Positions 14,362 through 27,273 are shown, counted from the stretch's first letter. The stretch is DNA of 64,000 bases from Eledone cirrhosa (GCA_964016885.1 OZ024747.1:76384001-76448000), one strand, 5' to 3'. A program made the numbers and translations. Notes: generated by a model from the sequence alone, not told the origin.

Positions 14362-14507
14362 AATATATAAACAACCATCTGGTTGTGGAACCAACCAACC
14401 AACCGGAAATTTATAAATTCCTAAATTTATAAATTTATTATAAAAAATTGAAGTGACAGCAACTGCTGCGTGTATTTCTTATTGGCAACATGACACTCCC
14501 AAAGTAT

Positions 14508-14547
<40 letters not shown>

Positions 14548-14774
14548 GTTAAAAATTTTGTCTGTGTGTTTACATACAGAATAGCTGGACACTCACAGTA
14601 AAGTGACCAGTGAAAAAATCGGTACATCTACATATGTATACGTGTGTGTATTCATATGCATACTAGTATTTCAGTATACATATGTGGATGTACATTTTTA
14701 ACTTAATTGTTTAAGCGTCAGTCATACAAAAGTGAGTTACAAACGAAACGAAATTTAATTTCGTTTCGTTATTT

Positions 14775-14852
<78 letters not shown>

Positions 14853-14857
<5 letters not shown>

Positions 14858-15249
14858 TAAACGGAATAGAAAATGCTGACAAATTGTTCACAGTTGAAAA
14901 TGGTTTAATTAGGAATAAAAGAGTATTAGTGATTGTATGGGTAACCGACCAATCAAAATTGTTTTGACCACAAGGATTTTTGCAACACAAAAATAACGCT
15001 GGAGCCACTTTTTTAACATAAAAACAGGTAGAATTCCCAAAACTAATCAGATCAGAGCAAACAGCACGGACACTCTATCTCAAAATTATTTTTGAAAAGC
15101 ATTTAGAAATGCGCAACCGGTAAAAACTTAAAAACTTAAAACCACAACTGAATACTAACCCATACAATCACTAATACTCTTTTATTCCTAATTAAACCAT
15201 TTTTCAACTGTGAACAATTTGTCAGCATTTTCTATTCCGTTTACCAATA
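14853..15249. mobile_element. Foldback element with about 90-bp near-perfect inverted arms at a (TA)n tract
   Basis: 14853-14943 is the reverse complement of 15158-15249 (one 1-nt indel). Confidence 0.9.
15088..15126 (+). ncRNA. Degenerate minimal hammerhead motif in the spacer of the foldback element
   Basis: TTT-TTGAAAA-GCATTT ag AAATGC-GCAA-CCGG-TA-AAAA: hammerhead layout with perfect stem II and palindromic ACCGGT, but three core substitutions. Confidence 0.4.
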
Positions 15250-15286
15250 TATAATAACTTGTGTGTTACACCTCTATTCTTTTAAC

Positions 15287-15321
<35 letters not shown>

Positions 15322-15324
15322 ATA

Positions 15325-15369
<45 letters not shown>

Positions 15370-15387
15370 ATATATATATTATATATA

Positions 15388-15419
<32 letters not shown>

Positions 15420-15453
15420 TAATATTACATATATTATATATATATTATATATA

Positions 15454-15485
<32 letters not shown>

Positions 15486-16186
15486 TAATATTACATATAT
15501 TATATATATATTATATATATATATATTATATATATGTGCGACGCCACCATTGACGTCTTGTCGCTGTTATGGCAGCTATCCTTGCGTTGTCATCTACTCG
15601 AACTTACAGAAAACTTCATATATATATATAGAGAGAGAGAGGGGGGATTGAGAGAGAGATAGAGGGAGAGAGAGATAGGGAGAGAGAGAAGGAGAGAGAG
15701 AAGGAGAGAGAGAAAGAAAGATTCATATATATATGTATGATTGCGTGCACGGTCACGTGATATCTGTGCGTGTAAATGTGTACTTTACGAAGTAGCCGAA
15801 GAATTCTTCATCGTTGCTGTTCGGTATCTTAAGTTTAGGCAATGCCAAACGGAAACCGCAAAATATTACAATACCGCAAACCCTGTATAGTTCGTTATAT
15901 GTATAAATTACGACAATAGGTTTTAGTGCCGGAGAGAACTCAAGTGAAATTCCAGATTTTTCTTTAAAACAAAATACGTTTCCTTGAGACGTTGAAAATA
16001 AAGTTGGCAAATAATACATCTATGACAAAATGCTACAATGATATATTATGTTAACGTATAGCGGAATAACTGGATAGCAGGGATATATGCAATGAATAGC
16101 TTTGGGGCTAATACTGAAGTTGATGTAATTGTTCTTCCCACTATGGTACTATAGTAGACGGCAGCACAGCTGATGTTGTCAGTGTC

Positions 16187-16308
<122 letters not shown>

Positions 16309-16337
16309 TATATATATATGTGTGTGTGTGTTTGTGA

Positions 16338-16369
<32 letters not shown>

Positions 16370-16539
16370 ATACATATACAACCATTTTTGTATAATATAT
16401 ATATGTATATATATATATTTATATATGTAGAATATGAGCTTAACCGGACAGGGATGTGTGGACCACATTATGGTTTGTCGGTTGTGAAGCAGATAAAGAA
16501 AAAGCGCTCAACACTCTGTATAAATGGTCCAAGCCGGAG

Positions 16540-16637
16540 CATTATATATTATTAAAAAGTCAGCCATTATATATTATTAAAAAGTCAGCCATTGTATATT
16601 ATTAAAAAGTCAGCCATTATATATTATTAAAAAGTCA
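16540..16637 (+). repeat. 25-bp minisatellite x about 4 (CATTATATATTATTAAAAAGTCAGC)
   Basis: Direct tandem copies read from the sequence. Confidence 0.95.
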
Positions 16638-16667
16638 TAATCAGTTGATTCAGGTTTATTGAAAACT

Positions 16668-16725
16668 CCGTTATACATATTTCACTGAGGGGTATCAGTT
16701 ATCATAGCCAGAGCTCTTCAGACGA
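16668..16725 (-). ncRNA. Minimal type-I hammerhead ribozyme motif with intact core
   Basis: Minus strand: TCGT-CTGAAGA-GCT...AGT-GAAA-TATGTA-TA-ACGG, then AATAAA 7 nt downstream. Stem III is one C>T away from the palindrome ATACGTAT. Confidence 0.55.
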
Positions 16726-17022
16726 CAAAACCTATGAATATATTGAAAGTTCCTAAATAATTATCTTTAAATTTAAATGATTTTCTTTCCTTGATACAAG
16801 GGGACAGCCAAACGCGTTGTGTTGTTTCTTCGACGGTCGGTCTCTGTATGACTTTAAGAATGTTGGCGGAAGTGTTGGTCAGTTCATCTCCTACGTCACT
16901 ATAGCCGTAGTTCTTCTAGCAATAAAAATAATAACACCTTTTGAAATTTGAACATATAGCCGCCACCATACAAATGAGGTGAAAATAAGAATTTCTGACT
17001 GATAAAATGACAAGTTAGTCAA

Positions 17023-17380
17023 TCATATTGGTGGCCTCCCCACAGCCCCAGTGGACAGAATGGAGAAGGCGTTTCCCCGGAGGATGGCAAGGGAGACGCG
17101 CTGGAAAACCCATTCCAGCTCGCGAGGCTCACACCTGCGGCTGGCCAGCTCAGCGCCTATGGTGGTGAGTAGGGAGGTAGTCCTAGGACCGAGGAGACTA
17201 GAAGTCCCCACTGCCAAGGGTACAACCGCAAACCTGTCGGAGAACGACCGTTATTTGAAGAGTTTGGCCTCCTCAGCCAGACATGCAGCAGAACCTGGGT
17301 TAGTCGCAGACTGCACCAGGTTGCGGCTGGAGAAAGTGTCGGTGCAAGTGGCATCCCAGACGAGGGGTTTACCATCGCCG
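17023..17380 (-). pseudogene. C-terminal restriction-like endonuclease (RLE) fragment of a CRE-like non-LTR retrotransposon
   Basis: Two ORFs in the same frame, split by one stop: DGKPLVWDATCTDTFS...AEEAKLFK*...PLAVGTSSLLG...RELEWVFQRVSLAILRGNAFSI. The WDATC, AE-K and QRxSxAIxRGNA motifs are typical of CRE-clade RLE ends. Confidence 0.75.
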
Positions 17381-17653
17381 TAGTGTAGGAAGTATTGAAA
17401 TAAGTTAGTAGCCCTCCCCCCTCTTCTCGGACAGTCAGTAGTGACAGCCATCTCCTTCCAACCCCATTTAGGAATGACAAGAGTTGAAACTGTTATATAC
17501 TATGTGGTGCCATAGTCATCTTGTAGTAACAATTATTCAAATTCTGAACTGGTTAATTTTGTAAATCGTCATTTCGCTTCTAAAAGAAATATTCTTCTTA
17601 ATTACGAATACATGCGCTTACACACAAACACTCACACATACACACACACACAC

Positions 17654-17753
<100 letters not shown>

Positions 17754-17943
17754 ATATTCATGGATACATAGATGCATGCATACACTCACATACATGTATA
17801 TATATATATACAGTTGAAAATTGCAAACTTGACTGTCACCACACATTATGAACCTGAAGATTGCGAAAGCATGAAAGTACTTGTTCAATTAACACTTAAC
17901 ATTTAATATTCTATCATACTATTTCATTATAATACCATTATAA

Positions 17944-18122
17944 TGGATCGGCAGTATTGGTAGAGGGTTGGACGCCATGCTTTCCAGCATAGTTACGTCC
18001 CTTTATGATCTGAGTTCAAATCCCGCCGAGGTTGACTTTGCCTTTCATCCTTACGGGGTCGATAAAATAAAGTACCAGTAATGCACTGGGTAATTGCTGG
18101 CCTTGTGCCTAAAGTAGAAACA
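17944..18122 (+). mobile_element. Full-length tRNA-derived SINE with 18-bp TSD
   Basis: A-box-like GGCAGTATTGGTAGA and B-box GAGTTCAAATCC. TSD ATTATAATACCATTATAA at 17926-17943 and 18123-18140. Confidence 0.9.
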
Positions 18123-18242
18123 ATTATAATACCATTATAAATTTTAAAGGATTGTAAATAAAACGAGTAAATCAGACAAAGTTGGAATTCCTTTTATTAA
18201 TATAATCTTCTATACACAATCATACACACCCGTGTATATTTA

Positions 18243-18286
<44 letters not shown>

Positions 18287-18291
<5 letters not shown>

Positions 18292-18396
18292 CGATGATTT
18301 GATCAGAGACACACACTGTATTTAAGGTCGAGTGACGCAATTTCGAGGGATTAGCGACTTTTAGACTCACCTGATCAATGAAACAATCGTTAATAC
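18287..18396 (+). ncRNA. Degenerate minimal hammerhead motif abutting (TA)n
   Basis: TATT-CCGATGA-T-TTGATCAG...CTGATCAA-T-GAAA-CAATCG-TT-AATA, then AATAAA at 18401. Perfect 8-bp stem II base; stem III one change from ACGATCGT. Confidence 0.55.
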
Positions 18397-18445
18397 TGTA
18401 AATAAAACCCTTTTTGTACAGCCGACCATGTTATTCTTCACTCTT

Positions 18446-18487
<42 letters not shown>

Positions 18488-19109
18488 CATATACATAGAT
18501 CCATACCAACAGATATATCCACACGTACATGCACAAAAGCAGAATATATACATAAATCTATGCACACTATTCCAGTTTAACAAACATACATACTACTATA
18601 TTGTAATTCGAGTTTAACATGCATGAAGCTCTGACTTTTATTTCACTTAACAAATATGGTATTACAGTTAAGCCACTATAGCCTATTCAGTGCTTTATAA
18701 CTGGTTTACGTATTTCACTCAGCATCTAAGTTGTCATAAGTTCCTTGAAGCTCCTAGTATATTTTCCAAGGCAAATTATAAAGACAAACAGAACAAAACA
18801 AACAAAAACTTTGATTTTTATATAAATCGAAATGCCATTAATAGCTTAAATGCAACGTTCGTATTTATAACCAAAAGCATGCTAGCTACTCCTTCACTTA
18901 TACCGACTTAATCATAACGCTACGTAATACGAAACATATACTAATACAAGAGTCTTGTTTTTTTAATAGCTTGCGAGATAAAAACTATGTACATCTTCAT
19001 GTATTTCAAAGTTGTTTCTCTATGAGTTTTTGTGAGAATAAATGTGTATATATTACAACCTCACACGTTATGTGTCTACATTCACCCCTTCACCCGATTT
19101 ACTCTCCGT

Positions 19110-19188
<79 letters not shown>

Positions 19189-19231
19189 CATATATATATG
19201 TATATATATATGTATATATGTATATATATAT

Positions 19232-19334
<103 letters not shown>

Positions 19335-19410
19335 CATATATACACACACAGACACACACATATATATATATATTATATAATATATATATGTGTGCGTGCG
19401 TGTGTGTGTT

Positions 19411-19503
<93 letters not shown>

Positions 19504-19673
19504 GCATGTATGTATGTATATATACATATCAGTGTTATGTCAACTGATGCAGAATCAGATGCGTGAGGCTGTTTAGAAAAAAGCTAAACGAATATAAACA
19601 CCGCGGTAATGGAATCAGATAAAAACTACAAGAGGAAAATAACATGTACATCAGCATTATTAATAACAACATT

Positions 19674-19846
19674 GGCAGTATCGGTAGAGGGTTGGACGCC
19701 ATGCTTTCTAGCATAGTTACGTCCCTTTACAGTCTGAGTTCAAATCCCGCCGAGGTTAACTTTGCCTTTCATCCTTACGGGGTCGATAAAATAAAGTACC
19801 AGTAATGTACTGGGTATTTGCTGGCCTTGTGCCTAAAGTAGAAACA
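19674..19846 (+). mobile_element. Full-length tRNA-derived SINE with 18-bp TSD
   Basis: Same family as 17944. TSD ATTATTAATAACAACATT at 19656-19673 and 19847-19864. Confidence 0.9.
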
Positions 19847-19864
19847 ATTATTAATAACAACATT

Positions 19865-19895
<31 letters not shown>

Positions 19896-19974
19896 GCTAC
19901 TACTACTACTACTACTACTACTACCAACATTACTACTGCCACTACCACTACTACAACTACCACCATTAATACTG

Positions 19975-21036
19975 ATTTCATTTATTGGCCACAAGGGCCC
20001 ACATATAGGGGACAATACAAAAGACTGGGACAGTGGGGTTTTTCAGAAAAATCGAGTAAACAATATGAATCACAATAACAAAGTAACAATAAAATTACAA
20101 CAAGAAAAAAATTCCCCAATAGGAGGGATGACCACCCAGGGTTCGCTCAGGTACCCCACCAATCCTGAACAACCCGACGCTTCGAGAGCACCCTGGAAGG
20201 GCACCCCTCTCCTCCTCAAATTTACCCACCTACAGCCGCATGACCAGAGTAGGCCCACTCACACGGGCCATTCTCGCCACATTCACCCACCTTTCAGAAA
20301 ATGTACTGGGGGGCAGCACTTCTCTCTCCACCCTCACCTTCCTTTCCAAGTGAAACTTGAAAAAGTTGATGAGGGATTGGCCGAAGAGAAAAGTGTCTGT
20401 CTTCAGTCCTTTCAACCTCGTCCACCATATAACCTCTTTCGCTACTACCACCAGACAGAGGAAAATTGCCTGCCCTTCCTGGCCAAAAGAAGGCGGTGGG
20501 CCGATCTTCACTATGGACTCGGCCGATAGCCGGATCCGTTCTACACGCGACAACAGCTGTTCGACATAACTCCACAAGTCAGTAATGCACAGACACTGGA
20601 CGAGTGCGTGCAGAACAGTTTCGTCGCTCTGCGCGCATCTCGGACAGGTCCGTCTGACAGCACTTCCGTGCCTGTAGAGTTTATCTCGAACCGGCAGTGC
20701 CCCCCGGTAGCACTTCCAAGCGAGGGATTTTTGGAAATTATCCATCGTCCCCGGCCCGAAAGTCCTCCGGTACAGACTGGTTAGTTCGACTTCGTCGACT
20801 CCCAGAGCCTCTCCGAGTGCGTCGTCGCACTTGCCCACATCTAATCCTATAGAACTCGAGAGTGGAAGTTCCACTGACCGCATTGCCCGCCTGGTAGAGG
20901 GAAGTGAGTGCCTGGCAACATTCCAGATGCCAGTCACCCAGTCTCGGTCTCTTGTTGACCCAGGACTGCAGCTCAGTCAAATAGACGAGCTGCGGAAAGG
21001 CCCGTCTGAAAAACGGTGACCGCACCTGTTCACCGT
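19975..21036 (-). mobile_element. 5'-truncated, frameshifted L1/Tx1-clade LINE (ORF2 C-terminus + 3' UTR)
   Basis: ORFs 20738-21025 and 20230-20937 align with the ORF2 end of the full-length element (LTELQSWV, RTFGPG.MDNFQKSLAW.CYRGALPVR, CPRC...ETV.HALVQC, ERWV.VARMARV). The 3' end reads AATAAATGAAAT. Confidence 0.92.
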
Positions 21037-21056
21037 TTAGGCAGAATAATTCTGCT

Positions 21057-21102
<46 letters not shown>

Positions 21103-22345
21103 TATTACTACTACTACCACCAGCATTACTACTGCCACTATAACTACTACAACTAACACCATTAATACTGCCACTATTACTACTACTGAGATCAAAGTGA
21201 GTGAATTTGTCACTACTTTAAAACAATAGCTTACGGTCTTCAAAATGCTTTTAATTAAGCATAAAGTGTATTGCAAAATACATTATATATACATCCATAT
21301 ATATATATATAAGAGCAGTGCGCATGACCATTTTCAAAGATTCGGAGATTGCTTAAATGGAAAGATGATTTCTGAATCTCGAAACTTGACCTAAATGATA
21401 CCAACAGTGTGAATTCTGCTAAAGGCTTCCTGTGATCAGTTGGTGTGTTACGGTATTAGATTAAGTCTACTCCTCCCCAACTAAGCTACAAGACATATAT
21501 GGTAAGGCAATTTGTTCCACTGCCCTGAACTTTTTATTTTGTTGATACAGAATGGATGAACGTTAAATTTGGCCTCAGCTGGATTTGAACTCAGAACACA
21601 GACAGCTGTGACACACTCTTCAACGTATTTTATCCTACGTTATAAAGACTCTACCATACAGTGTAAACACCAAAAGGATTTCAACATTTGTTGATAGTCC
21701 CTGCAACATAGGATATAATCTAACGGGAAAAACAAACACACAAATATTCCTCCAAGGATGTGCAAATGGGCAAATACACAATCCTGTAACTGCTACACTG
21801 CTAGTTAAAATAAAAATTGTGTATGCAACTTTACTCCAACCGTTGCTGGATTAAATACTAGCTTTACTGTGAAGCTGACTACAAATATAACCAGAGCATT
21901 CATGAAAGAAACCAGGACACTAATTCAGTTTCTAATTCTGTGGAATGTATAAAATTCTACAAGAAAACGTATTCTAGCAATATCCGGTTCTTGAGAAATC
22001 TAGCTGTCAGAGAACATACAATGCCAATTGTAATGACAGAGACAGATTCCTCACTATAAAAACGAACCACTGAGAAGGAATATAATCGGTTTCATTCCTT
22101 ACAGAATTACCAGGTTATACAAAAGAAAATTATACGTCGTGTTATCTATTTAAAAGGTTCTCATCTTCACACACAAATTACCTATATTCAAAGAACATTG
22201 ATAAAGAGCAGATAAAGAGAGTTCTGAATAATACACTACACACCAGATGAACAATGAAATGTAGAAACGAATACTTGTATCATGGAGAAGGTGTTGACTT
22301 GTTGTCATATATTAGTTACTCAATACATTTAGACCACATTATTTA

Positions 22346-22520
22346 TTGGCAGTATCTGTAGAGGGTCGGACGCCATGCTTTCCAGCATAGTTACGTCCCT
22401 TTACGATCTGTATTCAAACCCCGCCGAGGTTGACTTTGCCTTTCATCCTTACGGGGTCGATAAAATAAAGTACCAGTAATGCACTGGGTATTTGCTGGCC
22501 TTGTGCCTAAAGTAGAAACA
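22346..22520 (+). mobile_element. tRNA-derived SINE
   Basis: Same family; short TSD ATTATTTA. The head ATTGGCAGTATCTGTAGA is identical to a satellite-1 monomer variant. Confidence 0.9.
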
Positions 22521-22628
22521 ATTATTTAATTATTCTGTGCAGAGATTCAGTATTGTATCAAAGGAACGATCATATCCAGATATATTTGAAAATACAAGAT
22601 GATGTTATTTGACAACTCTAGAAATAAT

Positions 22629-22811
22629 TGTTTCTACTTTTGGCACAAGGCCATCAATTACACAGTACATTACTCGTACTTTATTTTATCGACCCCGTAA
22701 GGATGAAAGGCAAAGTTAACCTCGGCGGGATTTGAACTCAGAATGGCAAGGGCCGTAACTCTATGCGTCAAAGCATGGCGTCCGACCCTCTACCGATACT
22801 GCCAATCCACC
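22629..22811 (-). mobile_element. tRNA-derived SINE with 18-bp TSD
   Basis: Reverse-complement copy. TSD GACAACTCTAGAAATAAT at 22611-22628 and 22812-22829. Confidence 0.9.
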
Positions 22812-22901
22812 GACAACTCTAGAAATAATGATGAAACAAATGTGTTATTGTTATATAAAACGATAAGCCGTTTGAGCAGTCGATGCTCGCGCAGAGCAGA
22901 G

Positions 22902-23200
22902 TATTATAGATAACGAGGTATAAGTGCTGCATCAAAACACAATTTATTAACATATTACATATGTTTCTCCGACGATCAGCTCAAGGCAGGATCTGTTACA
23001 GATCGAACCTGACTCAGATATGTTTTACGCTTTCAAAGCAATCGGATGAAATGCTTTGAAACATATCGGAGGACCTTGCGAATGCAGAGTCAGGTTCAAT
23101 CTGTAACAGATCCTGCCTTGAGTTGATCGTCGGAGAAACATATGTAATATATTAACAAATTGTATTTTGATGCATCACTGATTCCTCATTATCTATAATA
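22902..23200. mobile_element. Foldback element with about 114-bp inverted arms and a partly palindromic spacer
   Basis: 22902-23015 vs 23087-23200 are reverse complements with scattered mismatches. The spacer has GATATGTTT/AAACATATC and TTTCAAAGCA/TGCTTTGAAA. Confidence 0.88.
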
Positions 23201-23617
23201 TATATATATAGGGATATTCAAATTCATATATTGCTACGTATTTATTTCACTTACTAGGGTTAATAGTTTGGAAAAGGGTTTAGGTTAGTGTTGATAATAG
23301 GGTTGAAATTCTTCCTTAATTGTAGACGAACGCTGATAGCAAAATGGGTGCGCCATTCTCTGTATTACATATAAAATATTTAATAGCTATATGATGTTAC
23401 CACACCATTATTAGAAACAAAATGTAATTACAAATCCAGAATAGTTTATTATCCGTTTTTACTTAGTCGTCGTTTATCTTCTGCGAAACGTAGCCACACG
23501 TCTGTAAGCTGTACACTGGTTAATCTATATGTTTGTCAAGAGTCTTCATTTCTATCTAAATTATTTCTGTCAGCAACAACTTTTATGACAATACACACAC
23601 AGAGACATACACACACG

Positions 23618-23698
<81 letters not shown>

Positions 23699-23728
23699 AT
23701 GTTATATATATATATATATATGAAAATG

Positions 23729-23762
<34 letters not shown>

Positions 23763-24084
23763 CGAAGTAAACGAAGGATGTGTGGTAAGGGTAGTAGAGT
23801 GGGTAATAGGAAAATATTTAACCCCGACGGCAGAGCTCAAGCCGTTTCGACGGTTATTTCTGAGTCCAGACGGACCCAGCATATTTATCAATGCCAGTAC
23901 CGCACTCAATGGGCAATGTAAGATACATTACCAGAGTAATGTAAATCAGTGGTTGGTTGAGAGATAGAGTACTATCTGTTACCAGTTGCTTATCGCTTTA
24001 CCGTGTCGGTTGTCACAAACAGTCATGACCGGCATGGGCCGGTGTTTGGATTCTGTCGATCGATTGGTTACTGATTAGGCGATA

Positions 24085-24194
24085 CCCGCTGATGAAGCCG
24101 CATAAGCCGATTGTGCATTGTTGCATAACATATGCAGACAGATAGTGCAGTGCACTTTACTGTTGCATTAGTGCGGCAAAAACTCGAGTCCGGG
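24085..24194 (+). ncRNA. Minimal type-I hammerhead motif (G12 mutated)
   Basis: CCCG-CTGATGA-A-GCCGCA...TGCGGC-A-AAAA-CTCGAG-TC-CGGG: stem I CCCG/CGGG, stem II GCCGCA/TGCGGC, perfect palindromic stem III ACTCGAGT, GUC cleavage triplet. Confidence 0.65.
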
Positions 24195-24237
24195 AACCTT
24201 AATGGCACCCGTTTTACGTGTGTTGTGTTGAGGCAAA

Positions 24238-24811
<574 letters not shown>

Positions 24812-24855
24812 TGTATGTGTTTCGTGTGTATGTATACAAAGATTGCTAAATATAT

Positions 24856-24942
<87 letters not shown>

Positions 24943-25574
24943 TATATATAATATATAATTATATATATTTATATATATAAAGATAGATACACAAATAGAT
25001 AGTTAAATATGTTTATATATATATATGTATATATGTATATATGTGGGGCGGGGGTATGTGTGTGTGTGATTATGTGCGTATAGTTCCATGTATACTTGTA
25101 TATCAGTGTGTAGATGTTTGTGAGTGTGCACACGTGTATATTTATATCAGTTTACTTATATGGGTGTAAGGTATACAGATTGCTGATGATTATGACGATG
25201 CATTACATTATTCTGTTAACTAGATAGGCGTGTATTTCCTCTTGGTTTAGTTATGAGTTACACTGAACAATAATGGGTTAGTGAATATGATAATGATAAA
25301 GATAATGCATTTTTCCGCTCGGTTTGACAGTTTACAGGTCCTTACACTGATTGTGTTTTTCTTAAGAAAACCCGCAATCTTTGTTTACTTAAGTTGTGAC
25401 GCATCATTACGGGGCTGTTATTTATTTAAACATTTACTTCTCAATTGCTTTGTCTGCTTTCTGAAAGTCTATGGCTTGGAATTTAGGCAATGTCGCCTAC
25501 TTATATTTTATGTCTCCTCGCCTCGTTTTGTTTCTTCTTTGATTTATAGTCATTCAGAAATATACATGTATATT

Positions 25575-25607
<33 letters not shown>

Positions 25608-25744
25608 ATAATAATAAAGACTAAACTCCAAAGAGGGCTCGATAAGGATAAATATATATCAAATATATAAGATCCCTAGAGCAAATAATACAGAACATCC
25701 CGTTAAGGTTGAAAGCAGTGTGTGTGTGTGTGTGTGTATATATT

Positions 25745-25833
<89 letters not shown>

Positions 25834-26507
25834 GATAAATTTCAGAAAGTCGGTAGAATGCGGTAGAAATATATAAAAGGCAAACGATGAGAAATAAAAC
25901 AAAGTAATGTTTTACGCAGTATATATCAAGATGATATTTCAGGGCTAATACCCCCTCTTCATATGTTAAAGGAAAACGGTTCTAAAGAGCTGAGCTGGTA
26001 GAAAGCTGGGAATTTAGAGTTAGTAAGTTCAACAGTTTTTACTATGAAATATAATCTAAGTTCAGCATATAAGCAAGTGGTTCGCAGTACAGGCTTGTAC
26101 AGTGTCATACATTCAGTGTCATTGTACAGTGTCATTGTACATTGTCATATATACGTACATACATACATATGTACATACATACATAGGTACATACATAGAT
26201 CCATACAATTCGAGATTGCAATTAAGTAATTGATAGTCGTCAGCAATATTAAGTGAGTTTTAGGTTGCCATTGAAAGGTTATTGTTGTTTATATCGGTGA
26301 AGAACAATGGATTGTATCTGTTGGTCTGCGGTTTTCCTTGGGAAACGTTTACTCTATCTATCTCGTTATGTTTGGAAGTGTTAATGCTGTATTGTCTGGG
26401 ATGTTCAATACAGGAGTGACTATTGAATATAATATATATAAATATATATATATATATATAGTATAAAAAAACGAAAAGTCAGTGATGCATCTGGACTCAG
26501 TTTATTG

Positions 26508-26598
26508 CGTGTTACAATTGTTTCGCCGGCAGGTAGCTCGAAACATGATCACTGTATGGATCTGGCTGATTCTACGATTGCAGGTTCCTTCGGACACG
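26508..26598 (-). ncRNA. Minimal hammerhead motif (inverted-arm copy)
   Basis: Reverse complement of the 26748-26838 motif. Confidence 0.55.
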
Positions 26599-26747
26599 GG
26601 TAGTTCGTTCGGAGCAAATTTTCTCACTGGGGTGTTATCGTCAAAAAACACCTTCAAAAAACATCTTGACAAGAGTGGAAGATGTTTTTTGAAGGTGTTT
26701 TTTGACGATAACACCCCAGTGAGAAAATTTGCTCCGAACGAACTACT

Positions 26748-26838
26748 CGTGTCCGAAGGAATCTGCAGCCCTAGAATCAGCCAGATCCATACAGTGATCA
26801 TGTCTCGAGCTACCTGCCGGCGAAACAATTGTAACACG
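26748..26838 (+). ncRNA. Minimal hammerhead motif
   Basis: CGTGT-CCGAAGG-...GCAG...CTGCCGGC-GAAA-CAATTG-TA-ACACG, followed by AATAAA at 26840. Confidence 0.6.
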
Positions 26839-27063
26839 CAATAAACTGAGTTCAGATGCATCACTGGTTTTTCGTTTTTTTATACTATCCACACACTACT
26901 CTGTATGAATAGCTACCATTATACACAAGTATATATATGTATGTATGTATATATATATTTCTAGAAAACAAAAGCCAATAGCAAGACAAGAGTGGAAGAT
27001 GATTTTGATGGTGTTTTTTAAAGCTAACACCCCAGTGAGAAAATTTGTTCCGAAAGCATTGCA

Positions 27064-27153
27064 TGTGTCCGAAGAACCCGCAGTTCTAGAATCAGACAGA
27101 TCCATACAATGATCGTGTCTCGAGCTATCTGCCGGCGAAACAATTGTAACACA
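27064..27153 (+). ncRNA. Minimal hammerhead motif (tandem copy)
   Basis: TGTGT-CCGAAGA-ACCCGCAG...CTGCCGGC-GAAA-CAATTG-TA-ACACA, running directly into AATAAA. Confidence 0.65.
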
Positions 27154-27273
27154 ATAAACTGAGTCTAGATGCATCACTGATTTTTTGTTTTATATTATAT
27201 CCCACTCTGCTCTGTAAGAACATAGAGTGCTCAACTGGCATACCGCCTATGGAAGCACCATAGCTACCATTAA

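Noticed and set aside
25925-25967. Minus-strand ATGAAGA-GGGG..CCCT-GAAA-TATCA-TC motif
   Set aside because: C3 mutated, no stem I, and stem III not palindromic.
26482-26864. Pair of near-identical 120-aa ORFs on opposite strands
   Set aside because: A consequence of the DNA palindrome; no recognisable domain.
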